From an uncultured Chthonomonadaceae bacterium (GTDB lineage Bacteria > Armatimonadota > Chthonomonadetes > Chthonomonadales > Chthonomonadaceae): a DNA stretch of 58,544 bases. The translations under genes were made by a program, and so were the position numbers. The DNA lies in NCBI GenBank assembly GCA_963835065.1, contig CAWIEK010000064.1, positions 1 to 58,544 of the forward strand. Reading direction: 5' to 3'. The stretch's first letter is position 1, and the number at the start of each line of letters is the position of its first letter. Below are positions 52,639-58,544 of the stretch, piece by piece. Under the pieces are notes generated by a model that saw only the letters and a list, made by a program, of their open reading frames with translations, ran no database searches and was not told the DNA's origin.

Positions 52639-53096
52639 AACGTAATCCTCAGAACGCCCTTCTTCAACTCAGAACCGCGAACTTGCGCGTACAGATAGAT
52701 ATATTCCTCGTAATCGCTTGAATTGAGGAGCGCGGCCTTCACATCAAGCCGATATCGTTTTTCTACGCGCCGATGCGAAACAAGATTGTACTGAAATGGA
52801 AGCAGGGAAGCCGTTATGTCGTGCTGCTCCGGCAGAACTACGAGAACATCAATGTCGTTGGGTGGCTCGTTGAGACGCGCTTCCTTATCGGTCGTAAAAC
52901 TGCCGTTTACAATCACCGCGATTGCCAGATTAGCGGACTTCAATTCTGTCATATACTCTTGAAACTTGGCGAAAAGTGTCGGGCGTTGGTCACTGCCGCG
53001 AGTAAAGCCGCCAAAGCGCCGTTTTATCTCCTCCAGAGCGCAGTCATGTATTCCAACAGGCAGCAAACCATTTTCATTCAATTCCGGTATCGGCAT
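52635..53096 (-). CDS. DUF6932-like minimal nucleotidyltransferase
   Basis: NGLLPVGIH, VNGSFTT...PNDIDV (GS..DxD) and KGVLRI. Confidence 0.75.
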   Translation of the reverse strand: MPIPELNENGLLPVGIHDCALEEIKRRFGGFTRGSDQRPTLFAKFQEYMTELKSANLAIAVIVNGSFTTDKEARLNEPPNDIDVLVVLPEQHDITASLLPFQYNLVSHRRVEKRYRLDVKAALLNSSDYEEYIYLYAQVRGSELKKGVLRITL

Positions 53097-53310
53097 CTCG
53101 CATCCTGCTGTCCTTCCGACAAGAATACATCTATTATAGCGTACATTCGCGGCAAAGGTCTGAACCGAAGAGCGCGAGTGAAACATCCTGCCAAGACCGC
53201 GGTTCTGCACATAGTGCCCGTAAATTTATCGCACCCGAACTAGTGGGAACGCCGACCTTTGCCAACGGGAAGTGATGCAAGCAAAGGATGAGGGATAAGA
53301 GATAAGAGAT

Positions 53311-53532
53311 AAGAGTATGTAGAGGCAGCGTCGAAATCTTGGCAATGCAGCGCTTCCAGCCCGATGTCTCGTTGTGTCAAGTTGTAGAAGAGAGGCGTCG
53401 TGGCCTCGTGAGCGTCAGGGCGAACGGGAGGGGTGAAACATAGGACTGCACCTCCCTTCCTGTGGGTATAACGCCTGAACGGTAGACGTATGTGTATGTT
53501 TAGACAGGGTGAGTGAGGCAAAGGTTTCGTTT
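53311..53532 (+). ncRNA. Putative structured ncRNA / mobile non-coding element, copy 2
   Basis: Shares the left boundary AAGAGTATGTAGAG and about 120 nt of near-identity with copy 1; lacks copy 1's long hairpin; begins within a (GATAAGA)n array. Confidence 0.6.
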
Positions 53533-53676
53533 GTTTCGCGTTGTTTGGCTCTTTTTTCTGTCTTTTTTCGCAAGGCAAGGCGCACAACGCGCCCTTCCAT
53601 AACTTCTTCCAACTCCGGCAGGGTGATCGTCATCAGGTTGCTCTTTTGGTAATGCCTGTACGCGCCGTAACCTTGC

Positions 53677-54207
53677 TTATGGCGCGGTTTCGTTCGCGCT
53701 TGTTTCTGCGATGATTTCCTGCGGGGTTTTGCCTTCCCACAGAGCGTCTATCTGCTTTTCCGTATAGCCTTTCGCCAGCAACTCCTCGTAGCAATCTGAC
53801 ATTCGACGGCTTTCGTCCAGTTCCTCCTGCGTCCATATTTTCCCGAAGTGATCGCCATTCGTCTTGAATTCCTCATCCATGACTTCTATGACGGAGGGAG
53901 GACGTTCGGATAGGTTTTCCATGTGTGCCTCTGCCTCCTCTGCTTGCGGCGCAGTTTCATTCGCGCCTGTTGCCGCGAGAATTTCCTGCATGGTTTTTCC
54001 GTCCCATTCCGCGTTGATTTCTTTAACGGAGTACCCCGCCGCCAGTTTCGCGTCTAATAAATCTCCAATCCGGTGCTGCGCGTCGAGTTCCTCCCGCGTC
54101 CATTTGCGCCCCGACCCATCTCCGTTCGTCATGTACTCCGCGTCCATCACGTCCTGCACCGAGGGAATTGTCTGTATCGGCTTGCTTTGCTCTTTCTGCT
54201 CGTTCAT
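53677..54207 (-). CDS. Acidic protein made of two ~75-aa repeats
   Basis: PSV..VMD.E..TNGD..G..WT.EELD...GY..K.I.A.W.GKT.QEI.A.T.ANETAP twice; AAGGAG RBS. Confidence 0.75.
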   Translation of the reverse strand: MNEQKEQSKPIQTIPSVQDVMDAEYMTNGDGSGRKWTREELDAQHRIGDLLDAKLAAGYSVKEINAEWDGKTMQEILAATGANETAPQAEEAEAHMENLSERPPSVIEVMDEEFKTNGDHFGKIWTQEELDESRRMSDCYEELLAKGYTEKQIDALWEGKTPQEIIAETSANETAP

Positions 54208-54219
54208 CCTGTTCGCTCC

Positions 54220-54866
54220 TTACATTGGTGACGGCATACACGCTGTCAGTAATTCTTCCGCCTGCTTTGCTTCCAGTACGTAATAGGGCGTTCCCGATAC
54301 CGATAGGAAGCCAAGTCTCTCATAAAACGGGATACTGCCTTGCGCCGGACGGACGCGCAAACGCCCTTCTGCTCCCTGCGCCTTGCTTTCCACAACCAAC
54401 CGCGCCACCAGAACACTCCCGATGCCACGATAGCGCCGCCCGATTGCGCCCGACCTATGAATAGGGGCGGCTTCCAGCAGACTGTCGCACAGCGAACCTG
54501 CTCCATTGATGCGCTGTACCGTTCCCAACTTCACGAGGCCAAGAACAAGTTCTCCCTCGCCTTCGCACAGCGTCAGTTTCAGCGCCAGTTCGTGTTCCGC
54601 CCACACCTTCCATACCGCGCCAAACCGGGCGCGTTGCCAGTCAGGCCCGTTCAGCGCGTTTGTGTCGTCTGCCGTCAGCGGCTCAAAGCAAACCGCAACG
54701 TCTTTGCCCGCAAGCAAATCACGCAGAAAATAAACCTGCTTCTCGTCTTGTTCCAACCTCTCATTTTCTCCCGTTGCATCCTCATCCATTTTTTGCAAAC
54801 ATGTTCAACAAGACGCACAACACGCCCTTCCATAACTTCTTCCAACTCCGGCAGGGTGATCGTCAT
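54220..54866 (-). CDS. GNAT-fold acetyltransferase (toxin-like; probable frameshift near 54795)
   Basis: LLEAAP...YRGIGSVLVA and SIPFYERLGF. Confidence 0.75.
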
Positions 54867-54935
54867 TATGCGGCTCGTTGTCATGCCTGTACGCACAGTA
54901 TAACATAGGCTAACCTTGTGGGTTGGGCCAATGCA

Positions 54936-55760
54936 TCAGAGTTCGGCAGGTGGTCGCTTTCGCCGTTGCGTCAGGTTTTGGCGTGGCTGTACAAGTGGTT
55001 GCTGGTGCTTATTCGACGCTTTCGGCAACATAACTCCAGATTTGGCGAACATCCTGCGTATTGGGGTGCTGTTCACCAAAAGCTTGCCGCATAATTTCCA
55101 ATGCCTGCACATACAGCGGTTCGGCTTCGGCATAGCGTCCTTGCGACTGGAACCACATCGCCAGATTGTTGAGACTGTTGGCATAGCAGAATGCGTTTCG
55201 CCTAACGCAGTGCGCCGGATGTTCAACGCTTGTATATACAATGGTTCGGCGTCCGAGTAGCGGCCTTGCAACCTGTACAATACCGCCAGATTGTTGAGAC
55301 TGTTAGCAATATCCGGATGCTTTCAGGCAAGCCTGAGGTCAAATATTTAATGCCTTTTTATACAGTGGTTCGGCTTCGGCATAGCGGCCTTGCTGTTGGT
55401 ATCTAACCGCTTGGTTGTTTAATTGATGCGCAGCAGAAACCTTCCACATCTAAGGCTTTGCGGCAAGTTGCTGCAAATCCAGATCGCTGATACCCAACTC
55501 CTTCTGCTTTTCTTTCAGCAAATTCTCTACCACATACGCCGTGTTGTAGCGGGCGCGTTGGTTTAGGTACAGGCAGGCGCGGTACAGCAGTTTTCCGGCA
55601 GCGATGGATTTTAGATCGTACCGGCGGACATTGTCGGCGCAGACAAGGACATGGGACAACAAGCGTTCGCCATCGTCCCATGTTTCGCTGTTGGGCGCGG
55701 GGTACAGGGTAATACGAACCTGAACGAGTAAATACAGACAATTAACAACAACCAACGACG
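54936..55760 (-). pseudogene. Degraded TPR (kinesin-light-chain type) repeat gene
   Basis: QGRYSDAEPLYIQALNIRRTALGETH and related fragments in several frames. Confidence 0.7.
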
Positions 55761-56015
55761 TATTGCTTTTGTACCGGTGTCGACCCGGTTATTGGCAAAG
55801 TATGGTATCGAGGTTATCTGGTTACCCGCTCCGCTGAAGAAGAGGTGTTAATTCCTAAAGAGCGGGATGGTTCTGTCAGAAAGTCTTGCTGTAATTCTGA
55901 ACGTCGGCACTAGTATCCGTCGCGTAACTCAAAATCAGAAACCATGGTATTGAATGTCCGGAAAAAAACGCGCACATCGTTGGCGTCACGGTGTTAGCTC
56001 GATACCGGACTTTCG

Positions 56016-57743
56016 CTACCGCGAAGTTAAATACCGTACGCCACCGACTGTGCGGGAGAGTTCTAGCTGACTCGCGCTCTCACCTTGTGGGACGTTTTCA
56101 AATGGGAGCGCAGGAGCGTTACCGTAACCCCTCAATTCCGTGAGGAAATTCTGAATATACGTGATCGGCGCGTTGGGATCGGAGTTAGGATCCGGCACCT
56201 TCACATTGCTAAACATGTTCACGGGGCCGTTCGGCCTAAGTTGAAAGACCCGCACGTCCGTGCTTAGCCAGGTGATCGGGCCATCGTCCATGTACGGGTT
56301 CGGTTGCTCGATTAGTTCTATCGGAGCGACGTCGGTTAGACCAGCTAGACTTGCCTGAACATAAATTTGACGCGTCTCAGCTCGTGAACGCGGATGCGTC
56401 AGTAAAGTCGACCTCAAACGTGAACGAGATACGCTGGGGTGTATCGGGAGCACCCGGATCTTCCAGGTCGGGCGGAGACGCCTGTGCGTAATGGACGAAA
56501 TAACATTACCGCCGATGGCATCAAGAAATGTAATAGTAGGCGCGGCGCCGGGAATCCCAAGTGAGTTTGGGAAAAACCATCGTAGATGGCGTAGAAGGCC
56601 AAGGGGTAAGACGAGTATGGTCGCTACTTCATAGGACGAGAAAGTGTCACGGTTCGTGACGATATAGCTGTCGATCCCAAGGGCCTCGAGCCCTAGCGCA
56701 ATCAGGCCGGCGGAAACGTCTTGGATAATATTCTCCATTTCCGACCACGGGAGGTTGAAATTCGGTCCCCCACTCAACGGTAAATGAAAGCGACTTCGCT
56801 TTTGACGCGTCGCTGAAATGCCGGCTATAGGCGTAGTCGTCGTTAGTTCCGGACGTGGCGTAAAGAGAGAACCCTGGTTTTGCTACATACAATTTCCCGC
56901 CGAACCTCGGCCAGCGAAGAGTGAAAGCCTTGGCCAGATTTCCAGGGACGAAAGATCTGGGTCGGGAATATATTCGCCGTAGTTATCGCCAACCAGGCCG
57001 CGATCGCCATTAAACGCCGGATTGTTAAAGTTCTGGCTCGGATCGCTTACCTGTAGTTCGTCATCTCCCCAGACATAGAGAATGTCTTCGGAGTAGCTGT
57101 GGACATCAACATACCATCTAATCCCGTTAAAGGTGTCGTGAAGGTATACGATATTTTTTGTCTCAGGCTCGCTTTGGGCCGCGTGGCCGTGATAGGTATC
57201 TGATGAAGGGTCAGCCGAGGCGAGATAGTCGTTGATTGCTCCAGCAGCAAAATCGGTATTGAAATCCCAGAGAAAATCTTGATTTCGATTAATATCGATC
57301 CCGACCTTCGAGGGATCACCCCCACTGTCGGCAGTGTCACGGTTTTTTCGCCATAACCCCACGGACGTTTGAGAATAGTTCCGCCCGTCCGGATTGGCAT
57401 CAGGGAAGATAATGATGTTGAACTGTTCAATCAGTGCCCGTACCTCGGCGGCTGAGAAATACTTTCCGCCATATCCGATGCCAGTCCCACCCGAGAAGAG
57501 CTGTACAAAGATCGGCCGCCACATTCACGAGAATTCCGCAACAACCCCATTCACGAGCATGAACGCCGCCAGTCAGGTAGATGCGTCCACGCTGTCAGCT
57601 GGGTTCGTCCCCAGACGGATAGCGTGGAAAGTTCGACCTTCGATCGTTGGATTCGGCAGCGTGATCAGTACACAAAAGGACGGATAGGTGGAAGCAAGGG
57701 CGATCAGCGCCGATTCGACTTCTGTCACGTTCATGTAAGGCAT
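56016..57743 (-). pseudogene. M14 zinc carboxypeptidase with C-terminal extension (multiple frameshifts)
   Basis: MPYMNVTEVESAL...TIEGR, NPDGR...WRKNR, GIDINRN, EPET, DVHSYSE, SGTNDDY and FTVEW. Confidence 0.8.
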
Positions 57744-57752
57744 ACGTGGACC

Positions 57753-58142
57753 TTATCGTTTGATGCCGAGCCCAATCGGCAGAACCGTCCCACCCTTAAA
57801 TTCGATCAGTTGTCGAAACTTCCTGCTACGCTCTTGTAGTATCTCCCCGTAGTCGGGATCTACCTCGTGACGATAGTTGAGCGCGTATTTTCTGCGCTTC
57901 CGCCGGGCTCGCGTAGAGGTCGATGATATAATTTCCATCACTGATCTCGCTCTCGGGATCCCGCAATCATGTTCTACGTCTGCTGCGGGAAGATTTCCTT
58001 TAACGCCGCTGGTCAGGAACCAACTGGTTATCTTCACAACATCCATCGGAACGATCGACCTCACATTTCTAAAAGCGTCGACATACAGCTTGCAGTGTAA
58101 ATTTGGAGTTACGTCTGGCCCCTCAATCTGAAGGCTTTTCAC
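57753..58142 (-). CDS. Hypothetical protein upstream of the carboxypeptidase
   Basis: ORF ends 10 nt before the peptidase start; may be frameshifted. Confidence 0.4.
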   Translation of the reverse strand: MKSLQIEGPDVTPNLHCKLYVDAFRNVRSIVPMDVVKITSWFLTSGVKGNLPAADVEHDCGIPRARSVMEIISSTSTRARRKRRKYALNYRHEVDPDYGEILQERSRKFRQLIEFKGGTVLPIGLGIKR

Positions 58143-58193
58143 ACCGATATACTTCTCTAAGAGTACTCCTATCGCTCCTATTTTGAGGCGCGT

Positions 58194-58544
58194 CTATACG
58201 CAATTCGACGTACGGGGCAGTGCCATTTCTCCCATTACGGAAATAAATCGTCCGATCCAGACAAATTTGTTCCCGACGGCGTCAACCCACTTTAGGCTCA
58301 AATGCCGCCCCACGACCTCGAACAATTCCTTTTCCATCACCGGTTTCGGTAGGAAATCATTAAACCCGGAATCGAGAGCCAGACGCTGGTCATCGGCAAA
58401 CACACTGGCCGAGGAAGCAATGATAGTAAGGTTCTGGTCGTGGTGCTTACTCAGGCGGCGGCAAAAGGCGTGTCCATCATATCCTGGCATCCGTATATCC
58501 GAGATCACCGCATCGAAATGATTCTCCAGCAGGCGCAACGCCGT
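58194..58544 (-). CDS. Receiver domain (C-terminus of a response regulator / hybrid kinase), truncated by the window edge
   Basis: DAVISDIRMPGYDG, IIASSAS and GFNDFLPKP. Confidence 0.85.
   Translation of the reverse strand, partial: TALRLLENHFDAVISDIRMPGYDGHAFCRRLSKHHDQNLTIIASSASVFADDQRLALDSGFNDFLPKPVMEKELFEVVGRHLSLKWVDAVGNKFVWIGRFISVMGEMALPRTSNCV

Noticed and set aside
53415..53633. 72-aa ORF as a real gene
   Set aside because: Only the first ~19 codons match the duplicated gene start; the rest reads through the non-coding element.

Overview
A GC-rich bacterial chromosomal segment. The PEP-CTERM tail style, LptD-like protein and gene repertoire suggest Armatimonadota, but that is inference. 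The consensus carries many single-base indels: even alaS is broken into several frames, so most frameshifts are treated as sequencing/assembly errors. Main content: a DUF1080 / gluconate-2-DH subunit 3 / GMC oxidoreductase set interrupted by a PEP-CTERM gene and an arylsulfotransferase-like gene; an ECF sigma factor; a transglutaminase divergent from an Anbu-type protease; a defence island (beta-class MTase + PD-(D/E)XK nuclease, then a Septu-like ATPase/HNH pair); tandem YbjQ genes; alaS; Uma2, MerR, McrC-like and ArsR-B12-binding genes; a full-length globin-NOS-reductase fusion (syNOS-like); putative toxin-antitoxin pairs; and a degraded right end. The most striking non-coding signal is a 220-300 nt structured element present in two diverged copies (31589 and 53311). 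One copy is nested in an ISAs1-type deletion derivative with 19-bp TIRs and a perfect 10-bp target duplication. The window also has many heptamer tandem arrays and REP/PATE-like hairpin elements, some inserted in-frame in genes.
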